DNA of 63,832 bases, counting the filler, from Octopus bimaculoides (lineage: Eukaryota), in the NCBI RefSeq assembly GCF_001194135.2. It is 7 parts of 7 records of this genome, joined end to end, with 100 filler letters (N's around TTAATTAATTAA, not from the genome) between each part and the next. Parts side by side here need not be neighbours in the genome. Positions count along the whole stretch, not along the records: positions 36,113 to 43,814 come from NW_026352694.1; positions 43,915 to 54,646 come from NC_068999.1; 5 more parts are not named here. The stretch is one strand, 5' to 3'. Shown in pieces: positions 40,271 through 51,802 of this stretch; positions within the stretch are counted from its first letter, which is position 1; the number at the start of each line of letters is the position of its first letter. The notes under the pieces are model-generated. The model worked only from the letters and a program-made list of their open reading frames with translations. It ran no database searches and had not been told where the DNA came from. The translations under genes and the position numbers were made by a program.

Positions 40271-40510
40271 TGGTGGTTGTCTACTCCTTACATAGAGTTT
40301 GACCACCTCCTGTACCTACACCTTAGCCCCATCATGGCGTCTGATGTGACTTTTTAAACTAGACAATGTTCTGAAAAAACACCTGCACCTCTGATTTGAA
40401 CTACCAATACCTGCAGGTAAGTTCTGCTCATTGTGGATCTTAACATGTCTTTTAAGACCCCCATTGGATTTGCAAGCCTTCAGGCATACACCACATTCAA
40501 ACGTGTGCAC
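40271..40510 (-). mobile_element. C2H2 zinc-finger-encoding fragment, probably a 5'-truncated LINE 3' end, inserted in the satellite
   Basis: FECGVCLKACKSNGGLKRHVKIH plus degenerate RCRCFFRTLSSLKSHIRRH, stop, then a short UTR. No TGEKP linker and no splice sites recognised. Confidence 0.55.
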
Positions 40511-42238
40511 ACATACATATATACATACATAAGGCAGTAAGATATGATTTCAGGGAAATCTGGCTGCCATTTCTACAAGGTCTAGCTACCATGTACAGGC
40601 GGAGAGGCCTCCCTCATTGGCTCATACATACATATATATACATATACTACACAGTAGGTTGTGATTTGAGGGAGATTTGGCTGCTATTTCTAACGGGTCT
40701 ATCAACCATGTAGAGGTCTCCTTCGTTGGCTCATACATATATACATGGATAAGACAATGGGGTGTGATTTGAAGGAGATTTGGCTACTATTTCTAACAGG
40801 TCTAGCTATCATATAGAGGTCTCCCTCATTGGTCCATACATATAAACATACTTAAGACGGAAGGGTGTGATTTGAGGGAGATATGGCTGCTATTTCTACC
40901 ATGTCTAGGTACCATGTAGAGGTCTCCCTCATTGGTTCATACATATAAACATACATAAGACGGAAGGGTGTAATTTGAGGGAAATTTGGCTGCTATTTCT
41001 ACCATGTCTAAGTACCATGTAGAGGTCTCCCTCATTGGTTCATACATATAAACATACATAAGACGGAAGGGTGTGATTTGAGGGAGATTTGGCTGTTATT
41101 TCTACCATATCTAGGTACCATGTAGAGGTCTCCCTCATTGGTTCATACATATAAACATACATAAGACGGAAGGGTGTGATTTGAGGGAGATTTGGCTGCT
41201 ATTTCTACCATCTCTAGCTACCATGTAGAGGTCTCTCTCATTGGCTCATACATACATTCATTCGCAAGACAGAAGCGTGTGATGTGAAGGAGATTTGGCT
41301 GTTATTTCTAGCAAATCTAGCTACCATGTAGAGGTCTCCCTCATCGGTTCATACATGCATACACTCCACAAGACCCTTCCAGATTCAGTTCCCTAATGGT
41401 CGGCGCCCTTAATTCCTTAGCGTTTGAATGGGTCCTGTCCCACCCGAACGTTCAAACCAACCAGATTTGGCCTTTCACACCGAGCCTACAATGGCATTCT
41501 GAAAAATAAGCAATCACGTCATTGGAATCCCGAATCTGTTAACAGAGATTGTGATTAATTCAAGACGGTGTGAATAAATAAGCATTGGAAGTGAAGGGCT
41601 CCATGTGTTAGGTCCGCCGGTTCTCCCCACCACTACCGCCCCCCCCCCGTCACCGACATACATACATCATCACCATCATCGTCACCACCGNNNNNNNNNN
41701 NNNNNNNNNNNNNNNNNNNNNNNNNNNNNNNNNNNNNNNNNNNNNNNNNNNNNNNNNNNNNNNNNNNNNNNNNNNNNNNNNNNNNNNNNNNNNNNNNNNN
41801 NNNNNNNNNNNNNNNNNNNNNNNNNNNNNNNNNNNNNNNNNNNNNNNNNNNNNNNNNNNNNNNNNNNNNNNNNNNNNNNNNNNNNNNNNNNNNNNNNNNN
41901 NNNNNNNNNNNNNNNNNNNNNNNNNNNNNNNNNNNNNNNNNNNNNNNNNNNNNNNNNNNNNNNNNNNNNNNNNNNNNNNNNNNNNNNNNNNNNNNNNNNN
42001 NNNNNNNNNNNNNNNNNNNNNNNNNNNNNNNNNNNNNNNNNNNNNNNNNNNNNNNNNNNNNNNNNNNNNNNNNNNNNNNNNNNNNNNNNNNNNNNNNNNN
42101 NNNNNNNNNNNNNNNNNNNNNNNNNNNNNNNNNNNNNNNNNNNNNNNNNNNNNNNNNNNNNNNNNNNNNNNNNNNNNNNNNNNNNNNNNNNNNNNNNNNN
42201 NNNNNNNNNNNNNNNNNNNNNNNNNNNNNNNNNNNNNN

Positions 42239-42272
<34 letters not shown>

Positions 42273-42947
42273 GCGAGAGACAGGTGTATATATATATATA
42301 TATATATATATATTGAGAGAAAGGAGCTGGATAGTTTGATCTGACCCGCCGATCTGTCTATCTCTCTCTTTATATATCTACCTCTCTGTATAAATATATA
42401 TATATGTATAAAGACACGGATCTACATGGATGTATGAATATTTAGACACCCAGATCATTGTATAACAACAGTATATTATATATATATATCGAGGTGTATA
42501 TATATAAGAGAGGAAAGCGCCGGAGAGACTGATGTCTTATTTTGGATGTATAATCTGACGCTGTCTGCACTTTATATAGCCCCGATCGCTTCTCTATAAA
42601 CACTCATATATATGTGAATATATATATATATATATATGTATATACGTGTATATATATTGTGATACACCGTTTAACTATATAAGCAGTTGTATATAATTAT
42701 ATGTACATAAATACTTATATATAAAGATCTACCTGTGTGTATATATATTAACCATATATATATATATGTGTGTATATAGAGGGAAGCCGGAGAAACACTA
42801 ACGTGTATTTGGATGCTTAACTGACGCTATCAACACACACACACACACGTATATATATATATATATATACAGCTTTGTTTCACTTTATCTCACATACATA
42901 CATACATACATACTTTGCTGTACTATTGCACATAGATATATATACAT

Positions 42948-42978
<31 letters not shown>

Positions 42979-43761
42979 CAGGAGAGAGATCTAGGTGTAT
43001 TCTGAGAAAAGCCGGAAAATATTTGAAGTTCATTTGGATAACCTGACGCAATCAACACACACACATAGCTTTGTCTCTCTCTATATACACACATATATAC
43101 ACACACACAGTTTGCTGTTGTACAGAAATACTTGTACATACATAAAAAGACATAGGTGTATATACAGAGAGAGAAGGAAGCCGACGCTATCAACATACAT
43201 AGCTTTGTCTCTCTCTATATATACATAGATATCTGCGAACACATAAATATACACTCAGTTTACCACATAAAAACTGTATATAAACACATATATACCTGCA
43301 TCTAAATACATAAAGGAGAGATCGGGTGTTATATATATATATATAGAAGGAAGCCAGAGCAACTATTTAAATGTCTATCTTGTCATATATATATATATAC
43401 TAACGCTAAACAACTCCAATATGTAACTCTATATACACATACACACACACATATATATAAATATACACTCAGATCATTGTATGTCTATCTGTAGGTATAT
43501 ATAGACACAAGGACGGATGAAAAGGTGACACAGAGAGGAGAAAGTTGGTGTCTTAGATGTCCATTTGTGATATAAAATAATATAGAATATAATTTATTTC
43601 TTGGCCATCTGACACCAATATATATACACACACAACAGTAAGTATTTTTATGATTGACTATATACTTTTTGCTATACATGAGAATGTATATATGTATGTT
43701 CATATTATAGGTGTATATTGATTAGTTTTGTGTACGATCTATATATTTGATTATGTGTGTG

Positions 43762-43814
<53 letters not shown>

Positions 43815-44041
43815 NNNNNNNNNNNNNNNNNNNNNNNNNNNNNNNNNNNNNNNNNNNNTTAATTAATTAANNNNNNNNNNNNNNNNNNNNNNNNNNNNNN
43901 NNNNNNNNNNNNNNAAAAAAAAAGGAGGGGGGGTATTTATAAAATAACGAGTGGGGGGAAGGGGCATAGGAAGCAGTGGGGGAGAACATGCGAAAGAGAA
44001 GGTGTAGTAAGAACACTAAAGTCATGATAATAATAATAATA

Positions 44042-44078
<37 letters not shown>

Positions 44079-44111
44079 TAATAATAAAAATAATGATGAT
44101 GATGATGATGA

Positions 44112-44292
44112 TTTCAAGTTTTTGCCGCAAGGGCAGCTTGTGGGAGGGGATTAAGTCGATTATATCGACCCCAGTATGCAACTGGTACTTATTTAATTGA
44201 CCCTGAAAGAATGAAAGGCAAAGTCGACCTCAGTGGAATTTGAACTCAGAACGTAAGAATGGACGAAATGCTGCTAAGCATTTTGCCCAGAG
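44112..44292 (-). mobile_element. SINE family B
   Basis: taagtcgattatatcgaccccagt...gaaaggcaaagtcgacctc...gaatttgaactcag. Confidence 0.8.
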
Positions 44293-44657
44293 TGATGATG
44301 ATGATGATGATGATAATGATGATTCTTTGTTTACGGGCCACAAGGGCCGCAAAGATATTTAAGGCAATACAAAGACAAAAGACAGGGGTGCAGTGTGGGT
44401 GGGGTGCGGATTTACATGGAGAGGTGCAGACACTAAAACAAAGAACAATTTGCAAAAAACAATAAATAATAATAAGAAGAAGAAGAAAAAGTCTGATCAA
44501 ATGAGATCCCCCCCCCCAACAGGGGTTGATGATGGGGTGGTGATGGTGGTGGTGGTGGTGGGAGGAAATGAAACAACCATAATAACAAGGTAGGGAGCAG
44601 AAAATCAGGCCAGCTGTAATCACCCAAGCAGAACATAGAGAAATACAAAGTACTAAC

Positions 44658-44692
<35 letters not shown>

Positions 44693-44925
44693 CAATGACA
44701 ACAACAACATTAATGACAGTAATAATAAAAGCCAACAGGTGGGCGATTTGGTTTAAAGGTAAAAGAGGAGGAGGAGGTGGAGAAGAAGAAGAAGAAGAAG
44801 AAGAAGAAGAAGAAGAAGAATTTGCAAAAAAAAATGAAATAATAATAATAATAATAATAATAATAGCAAAAGGTCTGATCAAATGAAATCCTCCCCTAAC
44901 AGGGGTTGATGATGGGGTGGTGATG

Positions 44926-45526
44926 GAAGAAGAAGAAGAAGAAGAGGAAGAAGAAGAAAAAGAAGAAAAGGAAGAAGGAGAAGAAGAAGAAGAAGAAGAA
45001 GAAAAAGAAAAAAAGAAGAAAAATAAGAAGAAGAAAAAGAAAAAAAAGAAGAAAAATAAGAAGAAGAAGAAAAAGAAGAAGAAATGAAGAAGAAAAGAAG
45101 AAGAAGATGAAGAAGAAGAAAAGAAGAAGNNNNNNNNNNNNNNNNNNNNNNNNNNNNNNNNNNNNNNNNNNNAGAAGAGGAAGAAGAAGAAAAAGAAGAA
45201 AAGGAAGAAGGAGAAGAAGAAGAAGAAGAAGAAGAAAAAGAAAAAAAAGAAGAAAAATAAGAAGAAGAAGAAAAAGAAGAAGAAATGAAGAAGAAGAAGA
45301 AGAAGAAGAAAAGAAGAAGAAGATGAAGAAGAAGAAAAGAAGAAGAAGAAGAGGAAGAAGAAAAAATGAAGAAGAAGAAGAAGAAGAAGAAAAGAAGAAG
45401 ATGAAGAAGAAGAAGAAAAGAAGAAGAAGAAGAGAAGAAGAAATGAAGAAGAAGAAGAAAAAGAAAAAAGAAGAAGAAGAGGAAGAAATGAAGAAGAAGA
45501 AGAAGAAATGAAGAAGAAGAAGAAAT

Positions 45527-45558
<32 letters not shown>

Positions 45559-45750
45559 AGAAGTAGAGGAAGAAGAAGAAATGAAGAAGAAGANNNNNNN
45601 NNNAAGAAGAAGAAATGAAGAAGAAGTAGAGGAAGAAGAAGAAATGAAGAAGAAGAAAAAAGAAGAAGAAGAAGAAATGAAGAAGAAGAAATGAAGAAGA
45701 AGAAGAAGAAGAAGAAGAAGAAGAAGAAGAAGAAGAAGAAGAAGAAGGAG
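44926..45750. repeat. long imperfect (GAA)n polypurine tract
   Basis: About 800 bp almost purely G/A on the plus strand, with two small gaps. Confidence 0.95.
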
Positions 45751-45892
45751 GCAATGGTACACATGCAAAAGTGCCTTGAACACAGAAAATGTTTCCACAA
45801 AAGGAGTTGTTTTTTGAAGAAACGTATATAACAGTATATACACCCATCTTATACACCCATCTTATACACTGCATGCATGTGTGTATATCTAT

Positions 45893-46216
45893 AGGTGTGG
45901 CTGTGTGGTAAGAAGCTTGCTTCCTAACCACCTGGTGCTGGGTTCAGTCCCACTGTGTGGCACCTTGGCCAAGTGTCTTCTACTATAGCCTCAGACTGAC
46001 CAAAGCCTTGCGAGTGGATTTGGTAGAAGAAAACTGAAAGAAGCCCGTCGTATATATATATCTACACATGCACACGTGTGTGTGTCTGTGTGGATTTTTG
46101 CTTGTGTGTGTCAGTGTTTGTACCCCCACCATCACTTGACAACTGCTGTTGGTCTGTTTACATCCCTGTAACTTAGCGGTTCGGCAAAAGAGACCAATAG
46201 AATAAGTGCTAGGCTT
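45893..46216 (+). mobile_element. SINE family A
   Basis: GGTGTGGCTGTGTGGTAAGAAGCTTGC...GGGTTCAGTCCCACTG... Confidence 0.88.
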
Positions 46217-46219
46217 ATA

Positions 46220-46395
46220 TATATATATAAAACTGAGAACGTGTGTGTGTATGTGCGTGACTGTATATGTGCATCACTAAAACTCGAGAGCTACCCAACT
46301 GATTTCATTCAAATTTTACACATGCCTTACTTAGGGTCCATGGAATGTCATGGGCTAACAAAATTTTCAACTTTGTGTCTAATGCGAGCCTGAAG
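46220..46395 (+). mobile_element. possible non-autonomous Helitron 5' segment
   Basis: tatatatataaaactgagaac(gt)n...aactcgagagctacccaactgatttcattcaaatttt resembles the layout of animal Helitron-N 5' ends. Confidence 0.35.
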
Positions 46396-46408
46396 CAATC
46401 TCTTAGAC

Positions 46409-46480
46409 CAGTGCTTCTCAAAGTGGTGGTCCACAGACTGGTGCCAGTCTGCAAGTCATCAGCTGCCGGTATGCAGCAAG
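46409..46480. mobile_element. hAT terminal fragment
   Basis: TCTTAGAC followed by CAGTGCTTCTCAAAGTGGTGGTCC. Confidence 0.55.
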
Positions 46481-46597
46481 TTTCCAGAAGAGAAAGAAAC
46501 ATTATAAAATGCTTATGTAATATTGTATTATTTGTTTATAAAATAAATATGAAATAAAAGAAATTGTCAACTTTTATTATATCCATTATATATATTG

Positions 46598-46965
46598 TTT
46601 TACTTGTTTCTTTTACTTGTTTCAGTCATCTGACTGTGGCCATGCTGGAGCACCGCCTTTAGTCAAACAAATCTACTCTAGAACTTATTCTTTGTAAGCC
46701 TAGTACTTATTCTATCAGTTCCTTTTGCTGAACCACTAAGTTACGGGGGACGTAAACACACCGACATCGGTTGTCAAGCGATGGTGGGGGGACAGACACA
46801 GACACACAGACAAACACACACACATATATATATACAACAGGCTTCTTTCAGTTTTTGTCTTTCAAATTCACTCATAAGGCTTTGGTCGGCTCAAGGCTAT
46901 AGTAGATGACACTTGCCCAAGGTACCATGCAGTGGGACTGAACCCGGAACCCTGTGGTTGGTAGC
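46598..46965 (-). mobile_element. SINE family A
   Basis: Reverse complement of the family A body and tail. Confidence 0.88.
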
Positions 46966-47174
46966 ACAAATAAAGGTTACGAACCTCATTCGGAGATAGT
47001 AAAATCCTATGAAAGTACTGGTTAATTACCTATAAAAAGAATATTGAACTATTTAGTACTCACCTGCAAGGTAACTATATAAACCATGGTTTATATATAT
47101 TTATTTATCATAAGATGAGAAAATAGAGAGGTAATTAAAAAAATATTATTTATTAATTAAAAAATTGACAAACA

Positions 47175-47260
47175 TCCCTTACAGCTGTTTCAATTCAAGA
47201 CTTTCAGAAAATTAATTAATAAAATTAAAAGTTATTTGAAAGTCGAATCTCGTCAGATAT
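47175..47260 (-). ncRNA. type I hammerhead ribozyme-like motif
   Basis: Minus strand: CUGACGA-[GAUUC GACUUUCA...UGAAAGUC uu GAAUU]-GAAA-C AGCU G-UA. Complete core, 13-bp stem II and palindromic minimal stem III. Stem I is poorly paired. Confidence 0.55.
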
Positions 47261-47499
47261 AGTTTAAGACATACAAAATAGGTGCTCAATTCCTCCATGT
47301 TGAGTAAATGGCTGCAAACCACATGTATCCATGTTTGTCTCTGTGTTTGCCCCCCATCACTGCTTCACAACCAGCAATGATTTTTTTTTTATGCTCCCAT
47401 AACTTGGTGGTTCAGTAAAATGAGACTGATGGAATAAGTACCAAATACCAGGCTTGAAAAAATAATAAAAAGTCCCAAGGTCTATATTCATTTATTATT

Positions 47500-47890
47500 T
47501 TTTTTACTTGTTTCAGTCATTTGACTGTGGCCATGCTGGAGCACCGCCTTTAGTCGAGCAAATCGACCCTGAGACTTATTCTTTGTAAGCCTAGTACTTA
47601 TTCTATCGGTCTCTTTTGCCGAACCACTAAGTGACGGGGACATAAACACACCAGCGTCAGTTGTCAAGCAATGCTAGGGAGACAAACACAGACACACACA
47701 TATATATATATATCTATACATATATACGACGGGCTTCTTTCAGTTTCCGTCTACCAGATCCACTCACAAGGCTTTGGTCGGCCCGAGGCTATAGTAGAAG
47801 ACACTTGCCCAAGGTGCCACGCAGTGGGACTGAACCCAGAACCATGTGGTTGGTAAGCAAGCTACTTACCACACAGCCACTCCTGTGCCT
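47500..47890 (-). mobile_element. SINE family A, full length
   Basis: From the tail ttttacttgtttcagtc to the head accacacagccactcctgtgcct. Confidence 0.9.
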
Positions 47891-48260
47891 ATTTGACTAT
47901 AACCCTTCAAGGTGGTGCCCCAGCAGGGTCGCAGCCCAAAGACCGAAACAAGAAAAAGACAGCCGATAAAAGATAACTTGTGGATAAAACAATAACAATT
48001 TCATTTTGAAAGTGAAATTTATGGCGTGTTAAACACTTGTCATTTGGTCGTTAAATACTCAGGGTGGGATGAGACAGCATAAAATCTATTAATTTCAAGA
48101 TTACAATCAATGGTCGGCCATAAAGAAATAAAAGGAAAAAGATTGCTCCTTCCTCCCACCCTGACCAAAACAGTTAAATCATATCAGCAGATATATTTAT
48201 GACAGGGTAATGAGTTGAGTCAGAAAGAGCAGGAAGAGACGAATGCTAAAAATAGCAGCC

Positions 48261-48412
48261 AGACATGGGCGTGTGGCTAAGAAGCTTGCTTTGCAGCTAT
48301 GTGGTTTTTGGTTCAGTCCCACTGTGCAGCACCTTGGGTAAGTATGTATCTTGTACTTTAATCTTGGGCCGACAAAAGCCTTGTGAGTGAATTTGCTGAA
48401 CAGAAACCTTTT
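48261..48412 (+). mobile_element. SINE family A, head
   Basis: gtgtggctaagaagcttgc...ggttcagtcccactg...gccgacaaaagccttgtgagtg. Confidence 0.75.
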
Positions 48413-49139
48413 TTTTTTTTTTCTATGTTATAAGAGTAAATATCCAACCATTCTTTGCAGTTCTTACAGCTTTACTGCATTCAAAATTTACTTTCTTCTC
48501 TGTAAAATATGTGTGTGTGTGTGTGTGTGTGTATGTGTGTATGCTGTGACTGAGAANNNNNNNNNNNNNNNNNNNNNNNNNNNNNNNNNNNNNNNNNNNN
48601 NNNNNNNNNNNNNNNNNNNNNNNNNNNNNNNNNNNNNNNNNNNNNNNNNNNNNNNNNNNNNNNNNNNNNNNNNNNNNNNNNNNNNNNNNNNNNNNNNNNN
48701 NNNNNNNNNNNNNNNNNNNNNNNNNNNNNNNNNNNNNNNNNNNNNNNNNNNNNNNNNNNNNNNNNNNNNNNNNNNNNNNNNNNNNNNNNNNNNNNNNNNN
48801 NNNNNNNNNNNNNNNNNNNNNNNNNNNNNNNNNNNNNNNNNNNNNNNNNNNNNNNNNNNNNNNNNNNNNNNNNNNNNNNNNNNNNNNNNNNNNNNNNNNN
48901 NNNNNNNNNNNNNNNNNNNNNNNNNNNNNNNNNNNNNNNNNNNNNNNNNNNNNNNNNNNNNNNNNNNNNNNNNNNNNNNNNNNNNNNNNNNNNNNNNNNN
49001 NNNNNNNNNNNNNNNNNNNNNNNNNNNNNNNNNNNNNNNNNNNNNNNNNNNNNNNNNNNNNNNNNNNNNNNNNNNNNNNNNNNNNNNNNNNNNNNNNNNN
49101 NNNNNNNNNNNNNNNNNNNNNNNNNNNNNNNNNNNNNNN

Positions 49140-49196
<57 letters not shown>

Positions 49197-49204
49197 TGCA
49201 TGTC

Positions 49205-49450
49205 TTTTACTGTTTACTTGTTCCAGTCATTCTGGGGGGTACCGTCTTGAAGGTTTTAGTCAGAGGTACCCCAGTACTAATTTGTTGAACTTGGTACTAA
49301 TTTTATGGAGCTCTTTTGCTGAACTGGTTGTCAAGCAGTGGTAGGGAGACAAACACACACACACACACGTGGCAGGCTTCTTTCAGTTTCCATGGACCAA
49401 ATCCATTCACAAGGCTCTGGTCAGTCCAGGATATAGAATACACTGCCTAG
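49205..49450 (-). mobile_element. SINE family A, diverged and deleted
   Basis: tttacttgttccagtcat...ggcttctttcagtttcc...aaatccattcacaaggc. Confidence 0.7.
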
Positions 49451-49867
49451 CACCGAATGCCCTTCATTAAATTATTAACGGCTGGAGCTATCTTCGATTT
49501 AGTATGAAATAAATAAACGTTATCAAATTATTGTAGACTTTGCTTTCTTAATGAACGGCTCCTTCTTATTAATTAATCTGTTTAATCTTTGATCGAGTAA
49601 TTCTCGCTTCCAATCAAATGAGAGATATTTTCGCTGATGTGAGCAGAAGTTGCGATGAAACAAAATAACATATTAATAAAGGATCTCTCACTCTCTGATA
49701 ACACAATTTTCAAGTTTAATGTGAACAAGTGGAATATATGAATTGACCTTCCTTCTCTTAAAATATACTTTCATACAAGCAGTGGCGTAGAATAGAGTAA
49801 ATTATGCCCGGGGTAAGCTGCATTTCTGGTAATTCTGGATTTCTGGATTCTGGATAAGAGATTAGGT

Positions 49868-50130
49868 ATCTGTTGTTGTTGTTGGCACTCCGTCGCTTAC
49901 GACGACGAGGGTTCCAGTTGATCCGATCAACGGAACAGCCTGATCGTGAAATTAACGTGCAAGTGGCTGAGCACTCCACAGACACGTGTACCCTTAACGT
50001 AGTTCTCGGGGATATTCAGCGTGACACAGTGTGACAAGGCTGACCCTTTGAATTACAGGCACAACAGAAACAGGAAGTAAGAGTGAGAGAAAGTTGTGGT
50101 GAAAGAGTACAGCAGGGTTCGCCACCATTC
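49868..50130 (-). mobile_element. LINE/SINE 3' end with terminal stem-loop and (CAA)n tail
   Basis: Hairpin CGTCG-CTTA-CGACG at 49891-49904, adjacent to (TTG)n. Confidence 0.5.
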
Positions 50131-50204
50131 CCTGCCTGGGCCTAGGGCCAACCAAAGGCTCATGAGTGGATTTGGTAGACAGAAAATGAAAGCCTATTAT
50201 ATGT

Positions 50205-50650
50205 CATCATCATTATCATCATTGTTTAATGTCTGCCTTCCATGCAGGCATGGGCTAAGTGGTTCGACAGAAACTGCCAAGGTAGAAGACTACTGTGTCT
50301 GTCTTGACATGGTATTTTATACCTGGATGCACTTCCTAACACCAACCAGCCTGCAGAGTGGACGGAGCGATTTTTACACGACACCAACACAGGTAAAATT
50401 AGTTTTGGCATGGTTTTTCTTTTTTTTTTTCACAGCTGGATGCCCTTCCAAATGCCAAGCACTACACAGTGTGGATTGGATGCTTTTCACATGGCGTCAG
50501 TATCGGCAGGGTCACCAAGTGATTTGCAAGGCAAGGAATTTTGTGAGAAGAGGTGGGCATTGGAGGAGGTGATCTTCTGTCGGATGATGAAAGGTTAGAG
50601 TGTTGACAGAGAGGTAGAAACAGGTGTCTTGCTATGAAGGAGGGACATGA
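50205..50650 (-). mobile_element. RTE LINE 3' UTR copy, inverted
   Basis: (TCA)n, then gtttaatgtctgccttccatgc...ggatgc.cttcctaac.ccaacca, the reverse complement of 25440-25620. Confidence 0.7.
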
Positions 50651-50742
50651 CCACCTGACAAGAGAGAGAGAGAGAGAGAAAAGGAGAGGGCGTGTTAGCT
50701 TTTTGAAGGCACACTGTAATTGTTGCCTTACAAGTGTTGCAT

Positions 50743-51050
50743 AGAGATAAAGAGATAGCCCGCTTCTTGAAAGTTGCCCAATCTTTCGTTGTCAAAGTTC
50801 AAAACAAGCTCAAAACAGCTGACGGGAATCCAACATCAGCAGCTGAATGTAAAACGCATGCATAATGTCCTAATGTCACCAGAGCACATAACTTTGTACA
50901 AAACGTCCAAGAAATAATTGATAAAATTCCCAGAAAGTCAACGAGAGGCACTGCAAATGACCCCAAGGTTTCAGAACGCACCACCAGAAGGGTTGTGCAT
51001 GAGGAGATCCAGTACAAGTTTTATGTGATGTGGAAGGGGTCAGTTTATGT
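50743..51050 (+). mobile_element. Tc1/mariner-superfamily transposase N-terminal (HTH) fragment
   Basis: RDKEIARFLKVAQSFVVKV...FVQNVQEIIDKIPRKSTRGTANDPKVSERTTRRVVHEEIQYKFYVMWKG, one in-frame stop. Confidence 0.7.
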
Positions 51051-51104
51051 CAGATTGAGCTTAAAACAGAAAGGATTGTCTTGGTTATTTGATAACTTCT
51101 TACG

Positions 51105-51261
51105 AGTGGCAGTGTGGTAAGAAGCTTGCTTACTAACTACATGGTTCTGGGTTCAGTCCCACTGCATGGCACCTTGGGCAAGTGTCTTCTACTATAGCCT
51201 TGGGCCGACCAAAGCTTCGTGAGTGGATTTGGTAGACGGAAACTGAAAGAACCCCGTCGTA

Positions 51262-51265
<4 letters not shown>
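51105..51265 (+). mobile_element. SINE family A, head
   Basis: gagtggcagtgtggtaagaagcttgc...aactgaaagaaccccgtcg. Confidence 0.85.
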
Positions 51266-51304
<39 letters not shown>

Positions 51305-51590
51305 NNNNNNNNNNNNNNNNNNNNNNNNNNNNNNNNNNNNNNNNNNNNNNNNNNNNNNNNNNNNNNNNNNNNNNNNNNNNNNNNNNNNNNNNNNNNNNNN
51401 NNNNNNNNNNNNNNNNNNNNNNNNNNNNNNNNNNNNNNNNNNNNNNNNNNNNNNNNNNNNNNNNNNNNNNNNNNNNNNNNNNNNNNNNNNNNNNNNNNNN
51501 NNNNNNNNNNNNNNNNNNNNNNNNNNNNNNNNNNNNNNNNNNNNNNNNNNNNNNNNNNNNNNNNNNNNNNNNNNNNNNNNNNNNNNNNNN

Positions 51591-51633
<43 letters not shown>

Positions 51634-51651
51634 CACACACATATATATATA

Positions 51652-51802
51652 CAATGGGCTTCTTTCAGTTTCCATCTACCAAATCCATTCACAAGACTTT
51701 GATAGGCCCGAGGCTATAGAAGAAGACACTTGCCCAAGGTGCCACACAGTGGGACTGAACCCAGAACCATGTAGTTGGGAACGAAGCTTCTTATCCCACA
51801 AC
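51652..51802 (-). mobile_element. SINE family A, head (inverted relative to 51105)
   Basis: gggcttctttcagtttcc...gggactgaacccagaaccatg. Confidence 0.85.

Larger units (their letters stand above)
39010..41355. repeat. ~103-bp tandem satellite, about 17-19 units, interrupted
   Basis: Same unit as 36113-36462. aagacggaagggtg recurs at 40854 and 40957 (103 bp apart). Interrupted by unique DNA, a hAT end and a zinc-finger fragment. Confidence 0.92.

Noticed and set aside
40316-40510. Host C2H2 ZNF gene exon
   Set aside because: No TGEKP linkers or splice sites, the ends are abrupt within a satellite unit, and the second finger is decayed.
44433-45931. Poly-F/S/L or poly-K/E protein
   Set aside because: This is a translation of the GAA tract, with no start context or splice signals.
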